From: Zootoca vivipara
Taxonomy: Eukaryota
NCBI RefSeq assembly: GCF_963506605.1
Contig: NC_083284.1
Coordinates: 17,422,001-17,486,000, forward strand
DNA: 64,000 nucleotides
Direction: 5' to 3'
Of this stretch, positions 13,606 to 25,750 are shown one piece after another (positions within the stretch are counted from its first letter, which is position 1; every line of letters begins with the position of its first letter). Made by a program: the position numbers and the translations under genes. Below the pieces are notes generated by a model. The model had not been told where the DNA came from. It did no database searches and saw only the letters and a list, made by a program, of their open reading frames with translations.

Positions 13606-13949
13606 GGTAAAGGTAAAGGGACCCCTGACCATTAGGTCCAGTCGTGACCGACTCTGGGGTTGCGCACTCATCTCGCATTATTGGCCGAGGGAGCCGGCGT
13701 ATAGCTTCCAGGTCATGTGGCCAGCATGACAAAGCCAGTTCTGGCGAACCAGAGCAGCACACGGAAACGCCGTTTACCTTCCCGCTGTAGCGGTTCCTAT
13801 TTATCTACTTGCATTTTGATGTGCTTTCGAACTGCTAGGTTGGCAGGAGCTGGGACCAAGCAACGGGAGCTCACCCCGTCACAGGGATTCGAACCGCCGA
13901 CCTTCTGATCAGCAAGCCCTAGGCTCAGTGGTTTAACCACAGCGCCACC
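13606..13949 (-). mobile_element. Sauria SINE (Squam1-type)
   Basis: Highly similar to 12279-12618; B-box GGTTCGAATCCC on the minus strand; abuts the PLE tail fragment. Confidence 0.92.
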
Positions 13950-16003
13950 TGAAAGCCCCAGTTTAAAGATGGTTAGCTTTGAACTTTGTCTATGGAGAAA
14001 TCAAAAGTGTTTTATTTCTCTGGGTTACCCAGAATTTATAACTCCAGGAGGTTCGGAAATGCTTATGGAGTGAAAAATCCAAGAAGTGTCCCATAGGGAA
14101 AGGAAGGGAAATATTTTTATCTAAATCAGAAGTTAACACCTTCTGTGAGCTGACCTTTTAAGCACCTCTTCTAAGCATATGTCAAACCATTCACAGTCTA
14201 GAACATTTTGTGTAATGACAGGAGGTCAACCACATGCTACTTCTGTGGAAGGCAAAGTTATCGTAGGGCACTCATTTTAACTTGCCCTTGCCTGCCATGG
14301 CAAGATTTAAATCTTCATTAATCACCACCGAAAGGCTAATTACCACAGCGAACACAGCAGCCCATTAAACACTCTTACTGTAGCATGCAGTTCAGCAACA
14401 CAGTCTGAGAGCACAGCATTTAAGCATGCAAAATGTATAATTTAGTTTTCAGTTTGGTAAATTTTACCAATTCAATCACATTGATAATGACTTTTTAAAA
14501 ACAGTAGCAGCAGCAGCAAACCTTTCATTTCTGAAAGCAGTAGGAATAGTCCCATGGTGACAATGAAACCCTTGTGGTCATTGCCACAGAAGATTTGTAT
14601 GCATATTTTCAGACATGATACCATTAAGGCATTCTTAGACAACCCTCCTTCTTTCACTTAATGTGTTTTACAGCCAGATCCAATGCAGGATAAAAGGAAA
14701 GTAAGTCTCATTGAGTTACATGAAGCTGCAGTCCTGCGCACTCATCGCTAGTATTAAGTTCCATTAAACATTTTTTTATTGATATGCCACCTTTCAGCCT
14801 AAAAAGCCCACAAGATGGCTCACAAAGAATAAACATGCAAATGCAAACAGTACAGATGATAAAAATTCAAAACAAAAGCTTAACATTTTAAAACAAAATG
14901 CATTATTTTTTTCTGCCACAAAGGCAAGGACCATTCCCCACAATAAAGCTTAGGGGAGAGCAAAAATAAATACTTATGAAGCTCCTCCCCCTTACTAGGG
15001 TTTGAGGCAGGGGCAATATATGATCTTTTAAAAATATAGATATTTTTGTAACAACCTGCAAATGTTTATGTTTTATGAATCTATCCATAAAAGGTATTAA
15101 TGTTTGTATATTTAATTTTAGCAACAATCAGTTCCTTTACTTGCAGTCTCTAGTTCTTTCTTAATATAGTAAAGTGAGTTCCAATTGCTTAAGAATATAG
15201 GATTCTTACAAAAAGAGAAGTCTTTTGTTCATCAAGACTGCTAAATCACATCTAGTTCTCCTTGTCCTCTGTAACATCCGTTCAGGCTTAACACCTGGGA
15301 CCAGCCAAAGGTCTGTTTGGATGGGGGGGGGAGGGGAAGGTGATGGAACACGAGAAAACACCTAATGGCTATCACAATATAAAGGAATTTACTTATTTAT
15401 GGATGTGAACTTAAGTATTTTTTCCTAAGAAATGAGTCCTGTTGTACTCAGCATAACTTATTTCTGTATGGAGATGCTTAGAATCAGGTTGTAAATGTGG
15501 TGGTTTTCTTAGTTAGCATGGTACTGTGGTTTCAGAGTCAGATTTGAATTTGGGGGAAATTGGAATCTTTGTTCCATTGGTTTTCCTAATTCCTCCTCTG
15601 CATGCAGGAGCTTGTGCACCTCCAACTAATCTAAAGAGTTGGGGGGAATTTCCATAATAGCATAGACTGGATCTCCACTCTTTCCATGAATGGAAAGACC
15701 CCTTCTGTTTGCAGAAGGGCAACTATTTGAATCCTTACAGGAAGATAAGAGAATATATTTAAAGAAACAGGATACTAAAATAATGATTCAACATGAATGT
15801 CCCCCCCCCCCCAATCTTAGTCCACACTGAATTTATTTTAAGAAACAAGGTTATGCTCATATGACCTTGACTGTGGTTAACGCTAGCAGGGTAAGATCAG
15901 GTGGAGCTTCATCTGAGAAGGAAAAGTTTGGCAGAGGTACAAGACAGTCTCAGTCTGCTCCCAATCTCTTAATCATGGTGGGAGAAATTTATACGTGCAT
16001 ATA

Positions 16004-16267
16004 AAATGTAAAGTTAAAGGGACCCTTGACCATTAGGCCCAGTCGTGGACAACTCTGGGGTTGCGGCACTCATCTCGCGTTATTGGCCGAGGAAGCCGGC
16101 ATACAGCTTCCAGGTCATGGAAACGCCATTTACCTTCCCACTGTAGCGGTACCTATTTATCTACTTACACTTTGACGTACTTTCGAACTGCTAGGTTGGC
16201 AGGAGCAGGGACCAAGCAACGGGAGCTCACTCCATCATGGGGATTCGAACCGCCGACCTTCTGATTG
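16004..16267 (-). mobile_element. Sauria SINE, 5'-truncated with internal deletion
   Basis: Similar to 13606-13949; flanked by a GCATATA direct repeat. Confidence 0.88.
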
Positions 16268-17814
16268 GCATATACTGGACCACTATTTTAGCAATTGGTG
16301 GAGCTTTTACGAGACTATATTCACAGCTGGTAAACTGCAAGTCACCACGAAGAAAATAATCTCGAATATTATAGTGACAGTTTGCTTTCAGATGATACAG
16401 CTAGCTGCCATATTTGCTTTTGGATTATTTTCACTGTTACGAACATTTCCCCTCCTCTGTATTTTATGACTTCATACCATAAGAGACCTTGAGCTATGCC
16501 TTCCCATTTCTTTCTGTATATATGATTCCTTGACCCACAGCAATCCTAAGACTGCAAATACATTTTTAAGGATTTATTGGGCAGCCTTGTCTGTGTCACA
16601 AAGGAAACGTAGTACTCATATTTCAAGCAACAAAACACCTTTACCTCCCACCAGATGATCTTTGAGTCAATAAGACATTCTTTAGATAGGTTTCTGGACC
16701 TTCAGTGTAGACAGAACACTATCAAGAGCCTCTCGTGACAAAATGTGATGTATTGGACTACGGCAGAGTAGTGTGAGATAAGGTAATAAAATACTTTATT
16801 TTGCCAAAGCTATTTGTGAAATAAGACAATAGAGCATTGTAAATATGGATCTGCTTTCGTAAAAAGCAGGGGTGCAGAACCTGGGCCCCTCCAGATGTTA
16901 CTGGACTCTAATTCCCATCAGCCCCAAACAGCAGGGCCAATTCAAGTCAGTGGGGCCATGCTCTGAGCACACACACACATTTATCACAACACAACATGCA
17001 AAACAATGCCACTGTTGTTACCATTCCATAAGTGCCAGTGACACAGGCAGCAATGCTCTTTCTACTGCCATCCCTGAGCATCCTTCTATGGGGGCTTGGG
17101 ACTCATTATGCTGTTCACAATCACTGTTTTGCTGCATGGCCATCACAGTGATCCCCTGGGCAAGAGGCCTGCACAGAGCACGAACAGTTTTCCTGAGACA
17201 AGGGCTAAAGATCCACACACGAGAGCAATGATAGGGAGAACCAGAGCAACCAACAAAGGGAACAACGGTCACACGCTGCTAGTGGCAACCTTCTGTGGCT
17301 CATGGCAGAGGCAGATTTAGGAGAGAATGGCCAGTTCGGTCGCACTGGGTGTGGAGGTTCGAAGAATAGAAGGGGTAGAATAGAAGGTGAGAGACGTGTG
17401 CGCGCCAAATTTTGGCATTGCACAGGGCACTGCCAAAATTTGAGGCCCTAAGGTCCACCACTGCTCAGTGGCAGGGGAAGTGGGGGGAAATAGCTCATCT
17501 TTTGCACCCCTGCCAAAATAGTGAACTAAGGGTCCAGAAGACCTTCGTGACATTATTGCACATTGCAAGCTTCCTAAAAATTCATGCACAGTGGCTGATA
17601 GGAAGCAGGCGCATCATGGGGCACTTGTCCTCCTGCCCTAGGTTCAACACCCGTAGATAGCAGGAACACAGGAACTGCGGAAGAAGCGCTCATTCACTGG
17701 AAAGGATCTTGTTTTACATGCAGGGGAGAATCCAGGGTAGAATTAGAAACTTTAGGTGAAAGTGGGTCCCACTCTCAGCCCCAGATGAGCAGAAGTGGGA
17801 TTCAAAATTACCTT

Positions 17815-18313
17815 AACAGATTGGAGAACTGGGCCAAAACTATATTTTTAAAAAAAGATTAGAATAGGGACAAATGTGGGGTTCTACAGTTATCAGAAAT
17901 AACGAGCTGCATACTGGGGGGGGGACACTTGGATTGCCAATAGTACACGTGAAAAGGATCTAGGGGTCTTAGCTGACCACAAGTTTAACATGAGTCAACA
18001 GTGTGATGCAGCAGCAGCAGAAGAAGAAGAAGCCAAAAGCCAGTGCTATTCTAGGTTGCATCAACAGAAGTCCAAATCAAGTAAAGTAATAGTTCTGCTC
18101 TATTCTGCCTTGGTCAGACAACACCTGGAGTAGCTTTCCCAGTTCTGGGCACCACAATTTAAGAAGGATATTGACAAGGACTCTTTTTCCTTGGAGGTTT
18201 TTAAGTAGACCATCTGTCTGGCCACCTATCATGTATGATCTAGCTGAGATTCCATCATTGCAAGGGGTTGCACTAGATGACCCGTAGGGTCCCTTCCAAC
18301 AGTACAATTATTC
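17815..18313 (+). mobile_element. Degenerate CR1 3' fragment
   Basis: gaaaaggatctaggggtcttagctgaccacaag...agtcaacagtgtgatgcagca...cacctggagta...cccttccaac; many indels. Confidence 0.8.
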
Positions 18314-20459
18314 TGTGGCCAACTCATTTCTTTTGGCAGCCCATGTGACAAACTCCTCTTTCTATTTGTTCAATAGGCCAGTCCTGCTGGGTAGCATCTT
18401 ATCAGATCTCATTACTGCTCCCTCTTACCATTTCCCCCTCACCCGTATATGGAGTTTATGTTCTGTTAGTGGTTTGCTGCGATTGGGTGCTGATTTACAC
18501 TATATCTAGTGCTCTAGGCATGGAGAGGTAGTTTTTACTGTAGAAGCCAGTAGGAGAATTGAAGCTCATATGTAGTGTGGATGGTGTTATATGCAGTTAG
18601 TTCTCATTAACTCTCAGCTGAATAAAGTAACTGTATTTCACTGCACTTTGAGTACAGCAAAATTGAAAGTAAAGAGAGCTTGATTCCTTTTTAACTGGAA
18701 GCCTTTGACTGTGGATGGGCTTCAAAAATTGCTTTCTTGCTTTAGAAGCTGTTCAGCAGATATTGTTCATTGCCTGGCAGCTTGCTAAGGCAAATGTGGT
18801 ATGGCAAATATTTTAAGCTATTAAGCCCAAGGATGTTCCAGCCCTTCTTAAGCTAAATAAATGTACAAGTAGCAGGTACTTTTAAGCCTAGGGGTATTCC
18901 AGGTCATCTTAACCCCAATAAACCTAAAAGTTGGAATGCTCCACCTTTCTCCAAGTTATGTAGTAGTCTATTTATCCTATATACTAATAGCAAATTCATT
19001 ATCCAAATGTGGTTCCTTTTGTAGCCACAACTTTATCATTCAGATACAAGAAGAGAGGTTTTGGGAAATCTCAAGGTTTCCAGAAGTACATAAAGTATTA
19101 AGGGAAAGGTGGGGGCAGGCTCACAAGCAGCCCATTCTCAATGGGCATGGAATATGACTTGGTTGAGAATAGAAAATGGAGGTGAGGGATGGAATGGAGT
19201 TTTCTGAAAGAGGGCATGGCTGGCTGGCTGCAACTCTAATACAGCACTCCAATCTATAACATTTTTAGTAGGGTTGTACTTGTTTATTTAATTACTAATT
19301 TTATATACTTCTTTTACCTTTTAAAAAAATCAGAGCTGTTGGCAATCAAATGAAAACACTGATGCTATTTGGTAACTTTTCAAAGAATGTCTCAAGTGCT
19401 CAACATAAAGCAACCTACCTATGAAAATGGATTCTCCCCTTCCTTAAATGGAGAAACCAGCCTTGCAATTGAGAGAATATAACACAGTGAAGAAGGCTGA
19501 TTAGAAAAAGACAAAAAAAATGTTAGTTAAAAGTTATGAGACTGTCTTTCCATAATCATTTAAGGCTGTAACTGTTAGAGTTTGGTGTCCCTTTTGTTGA
19601 CAGGCATTGTAGAATAGCAGAAGGGCAAATGTAAAAAGTTCAAGGTGGGTTTATGTTTTTACCCACTGGAATATATTGAGGTGGAGTAAACAAGAGTGTA
19701 GACGTTTATTGACTGTAGTACAATAAAAGTGCTTATACTGTAAGTCATTCTTCACTGCAGTGTCTTCAGACACTGAATATTAATGCAGGCAGGTTACCGC
19801 TTGGGAAGGAATTTAGGATGTAATTCAGATACAGAACTATTGAGTAGCGGTAACAGTGCAAGTTTTGTGAAAGGTTCCGCTTCCTCCTGCTGGGAAGGTT
19901 TCTCCTGGCTATATTTTGATATTTGCTGGGCTCATGTTCTAAGTCTTGTACAACAGCAAACCATTATGGCTTCTGGAGATAGTGAACAACTGTGTGATAT
20001 CAAAGGAGGTTAATGGCATTTCTGTTTAGTGCCTGGAATAAAAGAAAGTGTTGTTTCCTGCTTTCATTTCTCCTTGTGGCCTGTGAATCTCTGGGGAAAT
20101 ATCCACAGAAGTTTACAAAGTGGCTAAGAGAAAGAAATATCCACTGCCTTAGTTACAACCTTTGGCCAGAATATTGCTCCTGCAATTTTTCACTTTCTTG
20201 ACTTCACATGCATGCTGCAAAGTGGGAAGGAGTGATGTCTTTAATTCAGGGGCATTTCACACACATTATTTTCTGCACAAAGATACAAAAAGAAAGATCC
20301 TTAACCCAAAGCACAACAGACATGGGCCTTAAGGAAACAATTATTCAATCACAAATGTAGCATTTAATACAGATAAACTACAAACTGAACCTAGATGCCT
20401 AGCAATGGTCCACAAGCAATATATAACAATAATACACATAATAATACAATGATATAATA

Positions 20460-20886
20460 CAGTCATACCTCGGTTTAAGTATGCTTCGGTTTGAGTACTT
20501 TCAGTTTAAGTACTCCGCGGACCCGTCTGGAACGGATTAATCCACTTTCCATTACTTTCAATAGGAAAGTTCGCTTCAGGTTAAGTACGCTTCAGGTTAA
20601 GTATGCACTTCCAAAACCAATTACACTCATACTTCGGGTTAAGTATGCTTCAGGCTGAGTACTCCGTGGACCCGTCTGGAACGGATTACTCCACTTTCCA
20701 TTACTTTCAATGGGAAAGTTCGCTTCGGTTTGAGTACTTTCAGTTTAAGTGCTCTGCGTACCTGTTTGGAACAGATTAATCTACTTTCCATTACTTTCAA
20801 TGGGAAGGTTTGCTTCAGATTAAGTACGCTTCAGGTTAAGTACAGACTTCCGGAACCAATTGTGTACTTAAACCGAGGTACCACAG
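20460..20886. mobile_element. Tc1/mariner-pogo (Tigger-like) MITE with an internally triplicated unit
   Basis: TA|CAGTcaTACCTCGG...CCGAGGTACCACAG|TA; same family as 49594-49781. Confidence 0.88.
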
Positions 20887-20933
20887 TATGTGCATATAAT
20901 CCCCCCCCCCCTAAAAACCAGAAGTGTTTCAGT

Positions 20934-21078
20934 CAATGCTTTTCTTCTAGAAAAAAGGTGCCGGTAGTCACCATGAAGTTGTTACAGTAAGTGCCACACT
21001 TTTAACCAGTGCTTATCTTCTAGGAATAAATGGTGTTGGTACTACATACCCTCGAGTAACCCTTGAAAAAAAATACTG
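20934..21078. mobile_element. hAT MITE (CAGTGCTTTT-type TIR)
   Basis: TSD GTTTCAGT / GTTTCAGC; related to 45689-45770. Confidence 0.75.
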
Positions 21079-21162
21079 GTTTCAGCCTATATAAGCCTCC
21101 CTCAGTAATAAATGTGCATCAGTATATTGATATATAGCCTGTGCAACCAAACCACATTTTGA

Positions 21163-21362
21163 AACATAGGAAGAAAATAAGCTGCTGTATACTAAGTCAG
21201 ACCATTGGTCTATCTATCTCATTATTGTATGTATATTAACTGGCAGTGGTTCTCCAGAGTTTCAGATAGGGCCTCTCCCAGTCCTACCTGGAGATGTTTA
21301 GGATTGAAATTGGGATCTTAATGCATGCAAAAACAGATGCTCTGTCATTGAACTACAGCCCC
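21163..21362 (-). mobile_element. Old tRNA-Ala-like-headed SINE with a CR1-like tail
   Basis: The minus strand reads ggggctgtagttcaatgacagagcatctg...tgcatgc...atctcca, then ...gaccaatggtctgacttagtata...cctatgtt. Decayed relatives near 4462-4550 and 36758-36860. Confidence 0.6.
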
Positions 21363-22252
21363 ATCCCATTTGCAGAACCATGCTAGAATAAATAAAATGC
21401 CTCAGTCTGGTTACAAGTTACCACAGAAGAGGATCACACCCCTATAAATATCGATGAAAGGCATTTGAAACCATATGTTAACAATATTAACAGAGGGGGA
21501 TGCTAACCCCATGTTGAATAGATATTACTGAAGCCAAATTTTTGAATAAACATTAACTATCCTAGTATCCGAGCTTCAGTAACCTAGCAAAATATATGCC
21601 CACACTTTGACAGGAGGGTTCCAAAAGGCTTCACTCCTTACCAAAGGATGAGTTGGTTCTAGTTTCTACAGTGGTTTTTATATTTTTTTTACATTTATAT
21701 CCCAATTTCCTCCAAAGAACTCAAGGTTGTGTACATGGTTCAAGCCTTCCAATGGAATTTTCTCATAGTCCAGCTTCTATATATTTCTAACTGGGTTTTT
21801 AAAATCCAGATTATTTGCTCCTATATCTGTTCTGGGTGGCTTATTCTTCTTAGGAAGGCTATGTTTTTAAGTTAGGTTTCATACATAGCTAAAGGTTTCC
21901 ATGGAGAAAATGTTTTAGATACAAAATCACAGAAACTTGCATTTTCTTCTACCCCCCCCCCCCCACTTGGACACAAAATTACATGGGAGGTGATCAAGGA
22001 ACTGAAAGGTAAAAACATTTTTTTAGAAACCTTACAGAATTAGGCCACACCATTTTTAACTGCATCAAAGCATCAAGTATGTAAGGCTCCTTAATTCTGT
22101 ATGAATTATTGTTTAGTTAAAGGTTATGAATCGTAGCCTGCCATCCAGGTAATGGCAAGTAGCCAGTAAACCACTTAGAGAAAATTCCTGCTCGGCTGTG
22201 CAGAGTGTAATAGAGTGTAAGTACTTGAATGAAAGGCTTAGCCAGCCATGTA

Positions 22253-22485
22253 CCGTGTTTCTCATATTATAAGACACGTCTTATATTTATTTTTTCCTCA
22301 AAAAACACACTATGGCTTATTTTCAAGGGATGTCTTATTTTTTCCTCCTCCTCCTGCCACGGCCGGCATTGCTGCTGTGCCTATCACTATGTCTTATTTT
22401 CGGGGTATGGCTTATATTCCTTGAATGCTTAAAAATCCTGCTATGGCTTATTTTATGGGCATGTCTTAAAATATGAGAAACAGGG
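22253..22485. mobile_element. Tc1/mariner-type MITE, copy 1
   Basis: TA|CCGTGTTTCTCATATT...AATATGAGAAACAGGG|TA. Confidence 0.88.
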
Positions 22486-22586
22486 TATATAGTCTATGGT
22501 TGTGTACTGACTGTGGGAAGGCAGAGGGTTGCAAACCTGATTTGTTACCTCCAGATTGCTGGTATTTTGCTGGAGGGATTCAAGTG

Positions 22587-23055
22587 TGTCATAGGTTCTT
22601 GCGGCTACTCTTGAGTAATGACGCTCCACACCTGCTTGTCTTTAAGGTGTTTTTATTGTGCATCGTATTTACAGTGCAAAGAGTCTGGAAAACATGTCTG
22701 CTTAGTCTGAGCCAGAACCTCGCAATGGCTTCTTTCTGTTTCGCGCCCAACATAGCAGTTTGGGTACCCCAAAGCGCCTCCCCCTTGTCCTACGGGGTGC
22801 CGTGCGCCTCAATTCAGGTGTCGGGGGGGGGGGGGGAAGGGCGTCCTTCTGACTGCTCTCCCATCATTTCCTCCCCAGCTGTCTCCTTCTCTACTCGGTG
22901 TTGAGGCTCTTTTATGCTGCTGAAGCCTCTTGCCTCCCTCTCTGCTTCCTGATGCCTGTAATCTGATCAGCTACTGGATTTACTGCTCTGAGAGGAACTC
23001 GACCTGATTTTTTTTGGGGGGGGGGGGCTGTTCCCTATAAGCCCTCCCCCTTACA
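22587..23055 (-). mobile_element. Solo LTR with 5-bp TSD
   Basis: TGT...ACA termini; TSD AAGTG at 22582-22586 and 23056-23060; minus-strand AATAAA. Confidence 0.85.
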
Positions 23056-23120
23056 AAGTGCATACCAGAAATTTAGGTTTGTAGAATTAAAGTGGATTAA
23101 AGTGCTTGATCACCCTAGTG

Positions 23121-23256
23121 CAGACATCCCCAAACTGCGGCCCTCCAGATGTTTTGGCCTACAACTCCCATGATCCCTAGTTAACAGGACCAGTGGTCGG
23201 GGAAGATGGGAATTGTAGTCCAAAACATCTGGAGGGCCGAAGTTTGGGGATGCCTG
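23121..23256. mobile_element. 136-bp hAT-Charlie (URR1-like) MITE
   Basis: TIR CAG(a/g)CATCCCCAAACT; 8-bp TSD CCCTAGTG. Confidence 0.92.
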
Positions 23257-23516
23257 CCCTAGTGCAACAATTCTTTTTTAAAAAAAATCAGTATTTTTGA
23301 GGTTAGGAAAATGAAGAGGAAATGCACCAAAAGGTGTGGGATGGAGGAATGATTTATAAGAAGATGTATAAACACTGGAGAAACAAATCAGGATGAATGC
23401 AGGATGAATGCTCATTGTCATATAAGCCCTCCACAAACAAATCCAAGTAAATGCTTAATGAAACCCAGACATAGTCTAACCTCCACATAAGTTTTCAGCA
23501 AGACCTGTTGTGTTTA

Positions 23517-23752
23517 CCGTGTTTCTCATATTATAAGACACGTCTTATATTTATTTTTTTCCTCAAAAAAACACACTATGGCTTATTTTCAAGGGATGTC
23601 TTATTTTTTTCCTCCTCCTCCTGCCGCGGCCGGCATTGCTGCTGCGCCTATCACTATGTCTTATTTTCGGGGTATGGCTTATATTCCTTGAATGCTTAAA
23701 AATCCTGCTATGGCTTATTTTATGGGTATGTCTTAAAATATGAGAAACAGGG
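23517..23752. mobile_element. Tc1/mariner-type MITE, copy 2
   Basis: Nearly identical to 22253-22485, same orientation, TA flanks. Confidence 0.88.
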
Positions 23753-24014
23753 TACTAACAGGTCATCTGGGGCCCTAAGTACTGGACACAGTCCCCACTT
23801 TTTCTTGGTGTTTATGAAGTTTCAACGCAATATTAGCATAGGAGCAATGCATTGATACTAATACGTAAAAGAGTGACATACTAGTTGCAGATGTTACAAG
23901 AAGTATTAATGATGCTTCCAGTGAAACATCTCCTTGCTTGTCTCTCATTATTTGGTTCTAGGTCAAATGGGGGAGGGAGACTTACACATTGCCAAAAGGA
24001 AAACAAAACAAAAC

Positions 24015-24222
24015 TTAGAACCAGGCAGAGGGTCTTCTCGGTAGTAGCACTCACCCTGTGGAACGCCCTCCCATCAGATGTCAAGGAGATGAGTAACTAT
24101 ATAACCTTTGGAAGACATCTGAAGGCAGCCCTGTATAGGGAAGCTTTTTAATGTGTATTATTTTACTATGCTTTTATATACGTTGGAAGCTGCCCAGAGT
24201 GGGTCAGATGGGTGGGGTACAA

Positions 24223-24225
<3 letters not shown>
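24015..24225 (+). mobile_element. L2 LINE 3' end
   Basis: TRQRVFSVVALTLWNALPSDVKE...FGRHLKAALYREAF, then gttggaagctgcccagagtgg and a (TAA)n tail. Confidence 0.8.
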
Positions 24226-24278
<53 letters not shown>

Positions 24279-24342
24279 TAATTATTTAATTGGCAAGGTA
24301 CCAAAAAAGAGGGGCAAACAGGAGGGAGATAGAGACAGATAA

Positions 24343-24409
<67 letters not shown>
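24226..24409. repeat. Microsatellites (TAA)n and (CA)n(GA)n
   Basis: Direct reading. Confidence 0.95.
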
Positions 24410-24412
<3 letters not shown>

Positions 24413-25308
24413 TACATTTCAGCATAGTGGGAAAGACTGTGACCAGGTGACCTGTATGCCAACTCAGTCTGCTGTTCAGGTGTTAACATTTGATGGCCAG
24501 CTTCAAAGCCATATTTAGATTTTACTTGGACAAAACAGCCCATCAGATGAAGGACCATTCTTTGGAAAATAGGACACATGGCCCCCTCAAAGACAGAACT
24601 TGCAAAGGGGAGGGGGCAGACATCCAAAGCTTCCCAATGAACTTCTTGGTGGTGGTGCCAAGACTTCAGAACACACTCCTCATAGAGATTTTCCACTCCC
24701 TTTCTCCCAGCTTTAAATTAAAGCTAACTTTTAATTGGTGGCCTGCAATTTTGGATAAGTTCTCACAGAAGGTTTAGTGCTGTTTCTTCTTGTAGATTAT
24801 TTTTGATATTTTACTTTTAATTGAATGTAATCTTACTGTTCTGTCTTACTACATTGAAACATTTTCTACTGTATTCTGTCTTGGGTTATAATTGTAGTAA
24901 TATGGTAAATGAAATGAAACATGGAATATGCACAAAAGCACTTTGGCACAGCAGCGCTTCATTTGGTGGGCATATCTCCTTGCCACATATGTTGGCTTGT
25001 TTACATGTAACACTGAGACACAAATGCCAGCCAACACCCCAAAGAGGGCTTTTTGGAGGTCTCCATTGTGGGGTTGCAATGCTTGAAAACCATTTGGCAA
25101 AGCAAGGAAAGCATCAGAGGCTGCTCATTTTGAATCTAATGAAAGGGCAGCAGATTGCTGGGCCTGTTTAAACACTCTCTGCAAAATGTGCCTATTTCTG
25201 AGTCAGTCAGTACTTTCCTCCCCACAATGCAAACAGATGGAAAGGGAAAAATGTGGGAAAACAGACTGGGTAGGAGAATGCAGGGTAGCTGCAGCTGGGT
25301 GCAGCTTA

Positions 25309-25311
<3 letters not shown>

Positions 25312-25341
<30 letters not shown>

Positions 25342-25387
25342 CTTCTTCTTCTTCTTCTTCTTCTTCTTCTTCTTCTTCTTCTTCTTC
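25312..25387. repeat. (CTT)n microsatellite
   Basis: Direct reading; explains the poly-E/R/S/L ORFs. Confidence 0.97.
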
Positions 25388-25497
25388 CCCCACCCACCTG
25401 GCTGGGTTTCCCCAGACACTCTGGGCAGCTCCCAGCAGAATATTTAAAACATGATAAAACATCAAACATTAAAAACTTTCCTAAACAGGGCTGCCTT

Positions 25498-25750
25498 GAG
25501 AGCCAGTGTGGTGTAGTGGTTAAGAGCAGTAGACTCGCAATCTGGGGAACCGGGTTCAGGTCTCTGCTCCTCCATATGCAGCTGCTGGGTGACCTTGGGC
25601 TAGTCACACTTCTCTGAAGTCTCTCAGCCCCACTCACCTCACAGAGTGTTTGTTGTGGGGAAGGGAAAGGAGAATGTTAGCCGCTTTGAGACTCCTTAGG
25701 GTAGTGTAGGATATCAAATCCAAACTCTCCTTCTCTTCTCTTCTTCTTCC
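25498..25750 (+). mobile_element. tRNA-derived CORE SINE (Squam3-like)
   Basis: GAGAGCCAGTGTGGTGTAGTGG (A-box), GGGTTC B-box-like, CORE-like gtgaccttgggctagtcac, L2-like end gttagccgctttgag, and a (CTT)-rich tail. Confidence 0.8.

Noticed and set aside
20460-20886. CRISPR-like repeat array
   Set aside because: Eukaryotic context, no unique spacers, and bounded by TIRs and a TA TSD.
25136-25637. Poly-E/R/S/L ORFs
   Set aside because: Translations of the (CTT)n microsatellite.
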